Source: Podarcis pityusensis
Lineage: Eukaryota
Assembly (NCBI GenBank): GCA_964106645.2
Contig: OZ067043.1
Strand: one strand, 5' to 3'
DNA: 64,000 nucleotides
A model generated the notes under the pieces. It ran no database searches. It was not told where the DNA came from and was given only the letters and a program-made list of their open reading frames with translations. A program made the position numbers and the translations under genes. The stretch's first letter is position 1. Each line of letters opens with the position of its first letter. This document shows, piece after piece, positions 47,189 to 58,577 of the stretch.

Positions 47189-48084
47189 CTGTACATGCTC
47201 ATTAGAGGGTGGCAACAAGAAATGATGTGGTTCTGTAGATTTTTGCAGAAGATATTCTCAGCTGCTGCAGGGAAGGCATTTTGCCAATTCCTGCACATTG
47301 AATCTGTTTCCTGTCCTTAGCAGCTGATTGCATTAGGCTGAGGGATAAAAGTAAAACCTGATTGGGAGATATACCCACATGGTAACTGGTACTCAAGGCC
47401 CATCATATATATTTCCAAATGCAGTGCAATTCCTAAGAAACTACACCCTACTGATTTACCCATTTGATTTTTATAGCACGAGAGCCAGAGATAGCTGCAA
47501 AAAGCCATTTAGGACTTTCCACAACATGGAGAAGTAAACTGGCCGTTGCATGGGATGTTATGCCGATTATGAGAGCCAATCACAGCAATACGTGGTGAGC
47601 ATAGAAATGCATATAATCTGTGGCTACTTAGTCTTAATGTGGTAACTCACATCATGTTGATAGGCCACACTGTAAAAATCAACTTAATCTATTCTGCCTT
47701 TGACTTCATTTTACATCACGAGCCACAACTCTCCTACAGCCGGGGAGTCACTATAATTACTGGCATTTGCATTGTGACCAGGTATTAGTGCATAGAATAA
47801 TGTTTAGTAGTGCAACTTTTGTAAAAGCACACTCACTGTGGTCCCCTCAGTGCAAAGCCACGGAAATATGTAGGAGGTGGAGTTTTTGCAAGAGTATTCA
47901 GGATGAGATGGTTTTGAAACATAACACACAGGGCTTTCCAAAGGGACTCATTGCTCAAACGCCTCTTAAAATGTAAGGGTGTGGCTGAGCTTAGCATTTC
48001 GCCTTCAGACATGTATATACTACCTTGTTCTTCCCTGTATATTGCTTTGTACAGTCTGTGTTGGTGATTATACTATAGGTAAAG

Positions 48085-48090
48085 AATAAA
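48085..48090 (+). terminator. Candidate MPL polyadenylation signal
   Basis: AATAAA ~900 nt after the stop. Confidence 0.45.
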
Positions 48091-49067
48091 ATCCCATTGG
48101 CTCTGAAGAGGTTTTACTTCATGAGATTACAAATTGCTTACACTGAAAATAACCAGTCTTGCACCGCACAACACCTTAAAAAGCATTGGTCTGTTTGTGT
48201 CAAGCCTAACATTCTGGGAGCAATCTATCCTGGCCAATATTATCCCACTTCCAACCGTAGAGGCTAATTTAGTGCAAAGCATAAGAGCTTACATTTATTC
48301 CCAGCAATTAACCATATCACTAATGCTCAAACTGACTTTCTTGCACTTCAGGTCTGTCTACTGTTAAAATCAAAAGGCCTGTTAGTTTAAATGCAAACAG
48401 CTGGATTTAAGCAATTTGTGGATCACAGCATGCATTGCACAACTGGTTATTCAGATCTTCCTCAACAAGGCAGCCTGCAATCTTCCCCAGTCTACTCAAG
48501 GTTGGGGACAAGACTCTGGTTTTTTTGAGGTGTGATGCCAGAGTTGGGTTCCCAGGCCAGAGTTGAAAGCGCAGCAGTCTTTGTTGTTTTTATTCCACAG
48601 GCATGGAACCCTCTAGTTACTAGTCTAGTAGGTACTTGATGGCATTTGAAGGTCAGAAGTCAAGCACATCTTGTACTAGAGATCAAATGCAGCATTTAAC
48701 CCTCACTGCTACAGGGGCAGTAAGGGGCAGACAGATTTATAAGTGCCAGTGCTTGACAATCTTGGCTAAGCTCTGCTACTATCCTTGCAGCTTTGTCTTA
48801 ATAGGTGGTGCAACTCAGAACTTTGAGGGGTGGCATTCCCTGTTGAAAAGTCGGAGCCTGTCCTGAGGATCTCTTTAGTGAGCTCTCGGCACAGGAACCA
48901 ACTCCTAGGGGCTGAGGTCCCTTTGCACTCCTCCCAAGTCGATGGGCATTGCCATTCAAATGGTGGGCGTGTGCTGCATCATGTGATTGATTAGGTGGGG
49001 TGGGGCTTACCTAAGCCCCCCACAGTATTTTAGTCAAGTTGCCACCCCTGGCTCTCAGGAAGCGTTC

Positions 49068-49457
49068 CTGTGGTAGAGCACATGCGATGCATGCAAGAGG
49101 TCCCTGGTTCAATTGTTGCGAATTCACGTTGGGCTGGGAAAACACTTCGTCCTCGAACTCTGAGGAGCCGCTGCCAGTAGTGTAGACCAGTACAGTGGTA
49201 CCTCGGGTTACATACACTTCAGGTTACAGACTCCGCTAACCCAGAAATATTATCTCGGGTTAAGAACTTTGCTTCAGGATGAGAACAGAAATTGTGCAGC
49301 AGCGGCAGCAGGAGGCCCCATTAACCAAACTGGTGCTTCAGGTTAAGAACAGTTTCAGGTTAAGAATGGACCTCCAGAACGAATTAAGTTCTTAACCCGA
49401 GGTACCACTGTACTGCGCAAGGTGGCCCAACGGCCTGAGTCAATACAAGGCAGCTTT
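49068..49457 (+). mobile_element. tRNA-derived squamate SINE (Squam3-like) interrupted by a MITE
   Basis: GTGGTAGAGCA A-box, GGTTCAAT B-box, GAGCCGCTGCCAG...AAGGCAGCT body; related copies ~27468-27630 and ~58294-58625. Confidence 0.6.
49193..49410. mobile_element. Tc1/mariner-type MITE nested in a SINE
   Basis: TIRs CAGTGGTACCTCGGGTTA/TAACCCGAGGTACCACTG, TA flanks. Confidence 0.88.
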
Positions 49458-49559
49458 CTCCTGTTGCATTTTTCCCCCGGGGGGTGGGGGAAAGAAGAGA
49501 CGACCAAAGGCAATCACTTTCCCGAATGGCCCTGTATAAATTGGAGAGTTGGGCAGGAT

Positions 49560-50540
49560 CCGCCCTACGAATTCCACCACGTTGCTCAGAGTCCTCAGCC
49601 GCAGACGCAGGCGGCTCATTAGGGAAGGAGCTCTGACCGCACCACACGCACCCGCCCGGGATGCCTCGGCGGGCGATGCGCACGCGCGAAACATTCCGCG
49701 GCCCTCTCGCGACTGAGCCGTAGCGGACGTGCGGTTCCAAGCCTCGGTTGGAATTTTGGAACGTTACTGCGGCGTCCGGCGCCATGGCAACCCCGCTGCC
49801 CTCTTCTCTCCCTCCTCCTCACCCCGCCGCTAGGCATCATGGGAAGCGCCCGCGCTCAGGAAAACGCCCCTGCTTTATCCATGGAGCCGCACGGCTCCCT
49901 CCCAGAGACCTGCCCTAGCAGAGCCCCGCCTCCTCGCCGTCGGAGAGCCAATGAGAGAGACGAAGGCTGCCCGTTGGCCTCGGCTTCCCGGCAGCCGGCG
50001 CGTTCGAAACGGCCAATCGCTGCTCGGAGAGGCGAATTTAAATCGTGAATGGCGGAAGGGCTCGGCAGAGTTTCCTCCAGATCGAGAAAAAAGGTGAGTC
50101 CGGTTTGTTTGCCTCTAGGCGGCTCGCTGCGTCGCTGCTGTGGCTCTTGGAGCCTCTCCGCACCCGCCTGGCTTCCCTCGATCTCCTCGCCGCCTGTAGG
50201 GCTTTTTCCTGCCCCCCATCTCCGCCGCGTGGCCCGGGGTGGGGCTGCCCACCCTACACGGGGAGCTTCCCGGGACTGGGGCTGGGTGGATGGGTGGTGC
50301 AGTAGACCACGCCGAGATAGAAAGAAGGTACCCCTGCCACTCTTTTTAGTGCCGCCGTTGAAAACGGCTGGGGTCGCAAGGCATCTTATAAAAGCAGTGC
50401 ACCCTTTCAGGAAACCTCCGGGGGTCGTAAAGTACGAAGAAACTTCCTTATTGCTACGTCGTTTCCACTTAGATGCAGAACCTGTGTCTTCAGGTGGAGG
50501 CTCCCATGGGTCGATGCTGTTGCATGGGGCGCAGAGTCGG
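49560..50540 (+). promoter_or_regulatory. CpG island / CDC20 G2-M promoter
   Basis: CpG-dense; CCAAT at 49948 and 50013; CHR-type TTCGAA (50003) and TTTAAA (50037); GC boxes; X-box-like GGCGCCATGGCAAC (49778). Confidence 0.85.
50043..50093 (+). other. CDC20: CDC20 exon 1 (start approximate; 5' UTR or N-terminal extension)
   Basis: Strong donor AAG|gtgagt at 50093/94 just after the CHR; next acceptor cag|CGC at 50818. Confidence 0.7.
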
Positions 50541-50829
50541 GGGGTTCCTTTGCATTCAGAAAAGTAAATTTTGATGGGAATGGGGTGCAATATGGCCTTT
50601 CTTGAAAAACGCAGCTTTCTATATAGAGGAGCATTCAAATGTGTGAACCTCCATATGATCCGAATTTAGACTTGCTAGCTTAGGGCTAGGCCAAACTGAC
50701 TGGGAATGGGGAATAACACGCGTGCTCACCCAACCCTACTGCAGATGTGTATTGCATGGTCTCTGTTGGCCTTTTGTTTGCAGCTGCTATTTATTTTATC
50801 TGGCTTTATCCTCACAGCGCCCTATTCAC

Positions 50830-51037
50830 ATGGCACAGTTCCTGTTTGAGAGTGACTTGCACGGGCTGTTGAAGCTAGATGCCCCTATTCCCAATGTCCC
50901 TCCTGCCCGATGGCAGCGCAAAGCCAAGGAGGCTGCTGCCGCCAGCTCTGGACATACCCCAGATGCTACAGCTCCTTCACCCATGAAGCCAGCTAACAGA
51001 CCTCACAGCACAAGCAAGACCCCCTCCAAGACACCAG
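50830..51037 (+). CDS. CDC20: CDC20 exon 2 (coding part)
   Basis: MAQFLFESD...PARWQRK...SKTPSKTP. Confidence 0.96.
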
Positions 51038-53526
51038 GTAAGACTCCTGTTGTATCTTATGAGGGTGAGGACACATCTTAATGTTTGAGGCTATGGGTTG
51101 ACCTAGCATATGTCATTAGCTTGTCTTGTGGTTTTCCCCCAACTAGATGTTGGGAGTGGCCTATCCACTACAGTGGTGCCCCGCAAGACGAATGTCTCAC
51201 AAGACGAAAAACTCGCTAGACGAAAGGGTTTTTTGTTTTTTGAGCTGCTTCGCAAGACGATTTTCCCTATGGGCTTGCTTCACAAGACGGAAACGTCTTG
51301 CAAGTTTGTTTCCTTTTTCTTAACACCGTTAATACAGTTGCGACTTGACTTCGAGGAGCAACTCATAGAACGCGGTGTGGTAGCCTTTTTTGAGGTTTTT
51401 AAAGACTTTGGTGATTTTTGAAGCTTTTCCAAAACTTTCCTGACACCGTGCTTCGCAAGACGAAAAAAATCGCAAGACAACAAAACTCGCGGAACGAATT
51501 AATTTCGTCTTGCGAGGCACCACTGTACATCCCTTGATGGCACTGTGGAATAGTCACAGAAGTACTCCTTTCTATGAATCAAAACTTATCTATCAATAGA
51601 TGCAATAGATTTTTTGCTGTTTCTCCATCTTGTAGGCAAGTCTGGTTCTAAAGCACAAAACACTCCAAACAAAACTGGAGGGGACAGATACATTCCTAAT
51701 CGCAGCGCTATGCAAATGGATGTAGCCAGCTTCCTCTTGACAAAAGAGGAGTCCTCTGATGATACTCCCACCAAGAAGGTGAGTTTGTGATATTAAAGAA
51801 CTGTTCCTCGTGCAAGCCATATAGAAATGGTACAGGGAGATATTGACACCCAATAATTGGCAAAGCTGGCTTCCTGACAGTAGGTTAGCAGCTGTAAAGA
51901 GACAGGTGATAATACATGCTAGATTTCTGAAACCCAGCTATTATACAGGCCATTTTGCTCATATTAGCTACAAAATCAAGAATGACCAGTACACAATCCT
52001 AGGCTGTGATTTATGAGTAGCTAAGTAAATAACTCAAGCTATGTGATACAGGGCAGGAGAGCCTATTTCAGCCCAAAGATTGGATTTGAACTTGTCCACA
52101 TTTCCAGGGGTTGCTTTCTAGCAGTAGGAAGGGCAAACCAAACAAATTCCACAAGAGAGAAAATGCATGTGCCTCTTCTCTCCCTTGTCACAAGCAGGTA
52201 GCACACATGTATGCTTGCACCTCTGCTAGCTCTTTAGAGAGGATCTCTTAAGTTCATGCAGAGAGATTGTATATCCAATCTTAGTGTTAAGCATCACATC
52301 CAAGATCAGAGTTTTTAGGTAAAAGGTAGCATTTCTCCTCATGCCCCCTCCAGTGCCAGTGAGGGTGGATGGAAATGCTGCCCTTTACTCTTATCTCCAA
52401 TCTTAGGATGGTGGTGTTTAGCGGATAAAATTACAGAAGACTGACAAATCTTCACCTGCTTCCTGCTTTACAGTATATTGGCTTGTGTGGGTGACGATGA
52501 GGTAAGATGTTATGCCATACAAACCTTCCAGCTCTGATTTGGCTCTTGTTGCTCATGTCAGCCTGCAGGCATATAATTGCTTAGCTGTCTATACTGTAAG
52601 AGCAAGGGAGCTGGGAACCTTTGGCCTTCCAGATGTTATGGGACTCAAAACTCCCATAAGTCCCTGCCAGCATGGCATGTGGCTAGGGCTGATGGGAATT
52701 TGAGGTCAGCAACATCTGGAGGGATAATAGGTTTTCCATTCCTGTTGTATGACAAACTACTAATTCATTTTTATTTTTTTAATGGGACTGCTTTTCCAAC
52801 CCAAGGAGCATCAGAAGGCCTGGGCAATGAACCTGAATGGCTTTGATGTAGAAGAGGCAAAAATCCTGCGACTGAGTGGAAAGCCTCAGAATGCCCCTGA
52901 AGGTAGGACCAGATGCTTTCCTTGTGGGTGAAAGACACTGAAGGTATTTTTGTTGTTTAGTCGTGTCTGACTCTTCGTGACCCCATGAACCAGAGCACGA
53001 CAGGCACTCCTGTCTTCCACTGCCTCCTGCAGTTTGGTCAGACTCATTTTAGTAGCTTCGAGAACACTGTCCAACCATCTTGTCCTCTGTCATCCCCTTC
53101 TCCTTGTGCCCTCCATCTTTCCCAACATCAGGGTCTTTTTAGATGGTAGAAATAGCAAGGATTCTAAAGGGATGCCCTAAATGGCTTTGGCCCAGTATAC
53201 CTAAAGGAGCGTATCCACTGCCATCGTTCTACCCGGACACTGAGGTCCAGCTCCCAAGGCCTTTTGGCAATTCCCTCCACGCAAGAAGTGAGGTTACAGG
53301 GAACCAGGCAGAGGGCCTTCTTGGTGGTGGCGCCCATCCTGTGGAAAGGCCTCCCACCAGATGTCAAGGAAATAAACAACCATCTGACTTTTAGAAGACA
53401 TCTCAAGGCAACCCTGTTTAGGGAAGTTTTTAATGTTTGATGTTTTATTGTATTTTTAATGTTCTGTTGGGAGCCGCCCAGAGTAGCTGAGGAAACCCAG
53501 CCAGATGGGTGGGATATAAATAAAAA

Positions 53527-53577
<51 letters not shown>

Positions 53578-56500
53578 TTATTATGCTATGGTGGTGCTTC
53601 CTGATAATCTAGTTCATGCGGATGGCACCCTCGCCCTGCTATGCTGTGACTTCAGAGTGAGAATTGTTCAAGGCAATTATGCCTTCCTGAGTGGTAGGAA
53701 AGTAGTATTGCCAGTCTGCAGCCTAGCAGTGACTCCGGTTTATAGGCTGCCACTTGTGTAATTCTGTATTATGCTAGTAAAACAAGGTGGTTTGCTTGCA
53801 TTTTGTTCAAGCTATTAGGATTGTGCTGGTTCAGGTCACCAACCAGAACCCATAGTCTTTCGCATGAAACAGCAGCAGGGAAGTCCTTTCTTGAATTAGG
53901 GTTCTCCTTTTTTAAAAAAAAAAAAAGAATTAACCTCCTTGATGCAGTGCGGTCTTGTACATGTTTATTTGGAGGTTCCATTTTCCTCAGTGGAGCTCTC
54001 TCCTACATATGTATGCAAAGGGTTGCACCCTTAGCTTGAAAGAGCAGCATACCTCAAGTGCAGTGCCTGTGAGGAGGAAGCTTCTCTTGCAGATGGTTTG
54101 ATCTGTTCATGGTGTGGTGGTGGCCTACCGCAGTTGCTTTGCATTTTGACAGAATTAGCTGAAAACCCAGATGTGTTAGAAGACTTATTAGGCCTTTCAG
54201 CAGCTGGGGTAAATGAGTTGAAACTAGATCTATGTCAACTACAGTGGAAGCAAATACATGGTTGACTTTGGTTTGGGCTGCGTAATCATGGTCACTCTTC
54301 TCCACCCCAGGATACCAGAACAATCTCAAAGTGCTCTACAGCCAGAAGAACACACCAGGCTCCTCTCGGAAGAATGGTAGATACATAGCCTCCATGTCAG
54401 ACCGTATTCTGGATGCCCCAGACATCCGCAACGACTACTGTAAGTAGCTACAGTGCTTGTATTTTATAGGATCCCTGTCAGTTCTGCGATGATGTAACGT
54501 GTTGCAGAAGACTTATGCCTCCATGTGGTATTTGCCTTGGCTACTGTGGGTGGAGAGGGAGGGGTTGTTAGAGGAATCGGAGCCATGTCAGGCCTTACAA
54601 TGGGGGGTGGGGAGGTGCGCAGAGGAGGAAGGGGCTAGTGGCGATTCATCTATTGTTTTAGATCTGAACCTCATCGACTGGAGCGCCCTCAACTTCCTGG
54701 CTGTGGCTCTGGATAAAACAGTGTATCTGTGGAACTACGAGTCCCGAGAAATAATCCAGCTCATGCAGATGGAACACCCAGATGACTACATCTCCTCTGT
54801 GTCTTGGATCAAAGAGGGAAACTACCTTGCAATTGGCACAAGTAACGCAGAGGTTCAGGTAGGGGTTATGCCTCTTTAATGACTTGATTAAGCATTGTTG
54901 ACTTGACTACTTGCCAAGGGGCATGGTTTACAGAGATACTCATGATCTCTACCAGAAGTTCATAGAATCTTAAGAGTTGGGAGGGACCCAAGGGTCATCT
55001 AGTCCAACCCCCTGCAATGCAGAAATCTGTGTTATGTGGTTACTCTTTGGGGCCACAAGCTACCAGCAGGTACCTGGCAGGTTGTGGGAACTACTGAAGT
55101 GTGGGTATGTTCGTGGTTGAGGCATGACTGAGCCTCCTTGAGGCATGACTTTGAGGGCCATGGCTTGGTTGCATTTCTCCAATTGATTTTAAATGGTTTT
55201 GGCAAAGTGGGCTTGTCTTGGTATATAGTCTTATCCATTTCCAACCCCCCTGGCAATACTCGAGTTTAGCCAGATGGTTGTACTAATTATTGTCTGTGGT
55301 GATTCTAGTTATGGGACATCCAGCAGAAGAAGCGTCTACGAAACATGGTCAGTCACTCATCCCGTGTGAGCTCCCTGAGCTGGAACAGCCACATTCTATC
55401 CAGGTATGGCCCAAATCCCAGACAAAGGGATTCATGAGAGCATTACTTGCTTAGGCTCAGCCTATCTGCAGGACTGTATTCTTCTATACAAACCTGGCTA
55501 TGCTCTGAGATCTTTGAGGGAGGCCCTTCTGTCACGCTACCCTCACAAGCATGTTTGGTGGTGATGCGGGTGGGGCTTCTTGATGGCTGCTTGCAGACTT
55601 TGGAGCCCCCTTCCTAGAGAGGCCAGACCTGGCTCCCTCCTTGTCCTTCTGCTGGCAGGTGAAGACTTTTACTCCAGTAGGCTTCCGAGAACTGTTTTTT
55701 AGGAAAGGGCTTTTAATAGTATTGTTGTTTCTACTAGTTTTTTAAAAATATTTTTATGTAGTTTAATATTATTGTTTAATTTCCATTTATTATCTTTTAT
55801 GTGTGTATCACTTTATTGTCTTTATTCATGCTTGAGGCCTGGTTCTGGGGGGAAAGGCAGGATATAAATATAACAGCAGGAGTACAGCAAAACTGCCTTC
55901 TCTGGAACTTTTTTTTCTTAAGTGAAGAGGTGATATTGGTTGTCCTTAGCACTTGAGTTTGGGTTTATATACTAAATCTTATGCCTCTCTTAACAGCGGG
56001 TCACGGACCGGTCACATTCATCATCATGATGTTCGTGTGGCAGAGCACCATGTGGCAACACTTGCTGGCCATACGCAAGAAGTGTGTGGGCTCAAGTGGT
56101 CACCTGATGGTCGCTATCTGGCCAGTGGAGGAAATGATAACCTGGTAAATGTCTGGCCAAGCATCCAAGGGGATAGTGGATCATTTCAGCCTGTGCAGAC
56201 TTTCACGCAGCATCAAGGAGCTGTTAAGGTAAGTAGTTCTTTATGTAGGAGGCACTTGACATCTTGCTGTCAATAGGGAAGATTAACCTAAGACACCTTT
56301 CTTCTAGGCTGTAGCTTGGAGTCCATGGCAGTCCAATGTGCTGGCAACAGGAGGTGGAACAAGTGACCGGCATATAAGGATCTGGAGTGTGTGCTCAGGT
56401 ACCTGCCTCAATACAGTGGATGCACAGTCTCAGGTAGGTTCACCTAGTAGTCTCAATGGAAAATAAAGAGCAGTTCAGCATTGGATACTAAGCTGATGCT

Positions 56501-57020
56501 CAGTCTCTTCAATTTATACATGAGCATGTATTTGGGCTCTTGGTACTCACTGTTTTATGTCTGACAGGTGTGTGCAGTACTTTGGTCTACAAACTACAAA
56601 GAACTTGTGTCTGGTCATGGCTTTGCCCAGAACCAGCTCGTGGTATGGAAATACCCATCCATGTCCAAGGTCACAGAGTTAAAAGGTGAGTTCAGATAGA
56701 TGGTATGGAAATGGCTGAAGTACCAGATTTAGCCAACTTCTAATTTGTGGGTATTGCTGCCTTCATATAATGGAAACAGCCACACATGCATTGTTCCTTC
56801 CACTTGTCTGCTGGAAATGGCACACCTTTCTTTTTAATATTCCCCAGGTCACACAGCTAGAGTGCTAAGCCTGACTATGAGTCCAGATGGGTCCACAGTG
56901 GCATCAGCAGCAGCAGATGAAACACTGAGGCTCTGGCGGTGTTTCGAGCTGGACCCAGCCCGTAAGAAGGAGAAAGACAGCAGCACCAAGAGTAGCATTA
57001 TCCATCAAGGCATCCGCTGA
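50830..57020 (+). CDS. CDC20: Cell division cycle protein 20 homolog (APC/C co-activator), 10 coding exons, 505 aa
   Basis: [15 protein letters not shown]-box DRYIPNR, KILR, WD40 repeats, IR tail; spliced CDS 1518 nt. Confidence 0.98.
51171..51525. mobile_element. Tc1/mariner-type MITE in CDC20 intron 2
   Basis: TIRs CAGTGGTGCCCCGCAAGACGAA/TTCGTCTTGCGAGGCACCACTG, TA flanks, internal CAAGACG repeats. Confidence 0.88.
51636..51778 (+). CDS. CDC20: CDC20 exon 3 (C-box)
   Basis: [25 protein letters not shown]. Confidence 0.96.
52806..52902 (+). CDS. CDC20: CDC20 exon 4 (KILR)
   Basis: [32 protein letters not shown]. Confidence 0.96.
52950..53140 (-). mobile_element. BovB/RTE LINE 3' fragment
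   Basis: Minus-strand translation [38 protein letters not shown] with short CAA tail. Confidence 0.85.
53176..53580 (+). mobile_element. LINE (L2/CR1-like) 3' fragment ending in (TTA)n
   Basis: GCCCAGAGT(A/G)GCTG.GGAAACCCAGCCA motif shared with 8255-8340 and reverse copies near 17040 and 30360. Confidence 0.6.
54311..54439 (+). CDS. CDC20: CDC20 exon 5
   Basis: [12 protein letters not shown]...[13 protein letters not shown]. Confidence 0.96.
54662..54858 (+). CDS. CDC20: CDC20 exon 6
   Basis: LNLIDWS...[24 protein letters not shown]. Confidence 0.96.
55309..55403 (+). CDS. CDC20: CDC20 exon 7
   Basis: [13 protein letters not shown]...LSWNSHILS. Confidence 0.96.
55997..56228 (+). CDS. CDC20: CDC20 exon 8
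   Basis: [14 protein letters not shown]...LASGGNDN...HQGAVK. Confidence 0.97.
56308..56433 (+). CDS. CDC20: CDC20 exon 9
   Basis: [26 protein letters not shown]. Confidence 0.97.
56568..56685 (+). CDS. CDC20: CDC20 exon 10
   Basis: [21 protein letters not shown]. Confidence 0.97.
56848..57020 (+). CDS. CDC20: CDC20 exon 11 (IR tail)
   Basis: GHTARVL...[14 protein letters not shown]...IIHQGIR-TGA. Confidence 0.97.
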
Positions 57021-57067
57021 GCCCACTCTCTAACCTATTGCTTTGTGTACAGAATTTTAAACAATTT

Positions 57068-57073
57068 AATAAA
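57068..57073 (+). terminator. CDC20 polyadenylation signal
   Basis: AATAAA 47 nt after the stop; further AATAAA at 57200 and 57209. Confidence 0.65.
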
Positions 57074-58416
57074 TATTTCACTCTCACTTAAGAAATGGGG
57101 TTGGTGCATGGGGTTGATATCTAGGATAGGATAAAAGCAACAGACTGATATATCAAAGTGGATTTAATTGTTGCTGGCTATCTGGCCTGTATCATTTGTA
57201 ATAAACCAAATAAACTACTGATGGAAGACCAGAGTGCTTATCTTAAATCTAGTGTTTCTGATGTTTCCCAAGAGAATATGCAGCCCTAGCCTATACAGAC
57301 AACAGATACACAAAGTATGAGGTGTGTTGAAAATGAGGCTTTTAATGTTTTGAAGTAAACAAATGATAAGGTATCTAGTACTGTGCATCAAGGTGTATGG
57401 AAATAGTCATGAGCAATTATCTTGGGTGTAGCTAAGGTGCCCATCAGTAGCTGGGCTACTGACAGTGATACAACATGCACTTTCTACCAAGGGCTGTTTA
57501 ATTCCTTATAGGGCTAAGAAGTGGCTACAAAAGCACTTATGGGGGCTGTAAGACCTTATTGTGGCAGAGTAGTTGGATCAAGCTACTCTGATAATCTGGT
57601 TTCTAGATTGTATTCTTGTTCAAATGCTTGCAGTATATATTCTTTCTCCCATACAAATACTGTTCTTCTCAATTAAAAAAGGATCCTTGCTGCTGTGTAC
57701 TAAAACTTTGTAAGATTTGAGGATAAACAGTGTATGGTGAAACGTATATAATACTTGGTGATTGAATCCTATTGGATTCAATCACCATCTCTTTAGATTC
57801 CCCACCCACACCCAAAAGCTTAAAACTATTTAATAGAGTAGCAGGAAGTAGAAACTGTTTGATATGTGCACATAGCTGAAGATAGGAAACATGGGCCACT
57901 TAGCTAGAATAAATATCAGAAAGTAGGGAGGGCAACGGGCTACCTTTGTTGTGCACTTTATAGGATTGGATATTGGAAGGAGGTTGTGCTTCTGGGCCTG
58001 GGATGATAGTAACTAAGAATGCCTGTATTTTACTGCGAAAAAGCTGGAGCTGAATTAGTGGAAGGCAGTTTGCTACCAGGAACTGAGCTGTGCAGGCAGG
58101 CCCTGACAGTGAGGAATGTTTCTGTCTGCCTCATTCCCTTTACAATTTTCCCCCATCCCCAACTATAGACCAAGGAAGTAGATGCATCCATGAAGTTTTA
58201 AAGTCCTTGTGCATCTCTCTTTACAGCATATTTTAATACATGTAACCTGTCACTTCCAGCATATAAACAGATGAGATAATGATTAAATCCAGAGGATGGG
58301 TTGCAGCTCCATGGTAGAGAATCTGTTTTGCATGCATTGGTGCTGGGTTCAACTGCTGCCATCTCTAGCTAGGGCCTGTCTGAAACCACAGAGAGCCACT
58401 GCTGGTCAGTGTATAT

Positions 58417-58577
58417 CAGTGGTTCACAATTGGTGGCCTGTGGATGATAGAGGGTCCGCAGCTCCATTCGCGTAACAAAAACTACCAGAGATATCAAAAT
58501 TTTCAATGGTAGGGGGTCCATGACTTGGCTTTTGAAAAACAAGGGATCTGCAGTACTTGGCTAATTGGATATCACTG
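58417..58577. mobile_element. hAT-type MITE nested in a SINE
   Basis: CAGTG...CACTG ends; TSD GTGTATAT/GTGTAGAT. Confidence 0.65.

Noticed and set aside
49856-50638. 260-aa minus-strand ORF and the 172-aa plus ORF at 50049-50567
   Set aside because: Lie in the GC-rich CpG island where stops are rare; no recognisable domain; the plus ORF runs through a strong splice donor at 50094
51171-51525. Regularly recurring CAAGACG motifs suggestive of a CRISPR-like array
   Set aside because: Short internal repeats of a TA-flanked MITE in a vertebrate intron; no repeat-spacer structure or cas genes
57050-57075. Cytoplasmic polyadenylation element overlapping the CDC20 hexamer
   Set aside because: TTTAAT and TTTTAAA do not match the consensus UUUUA(A)U well enough
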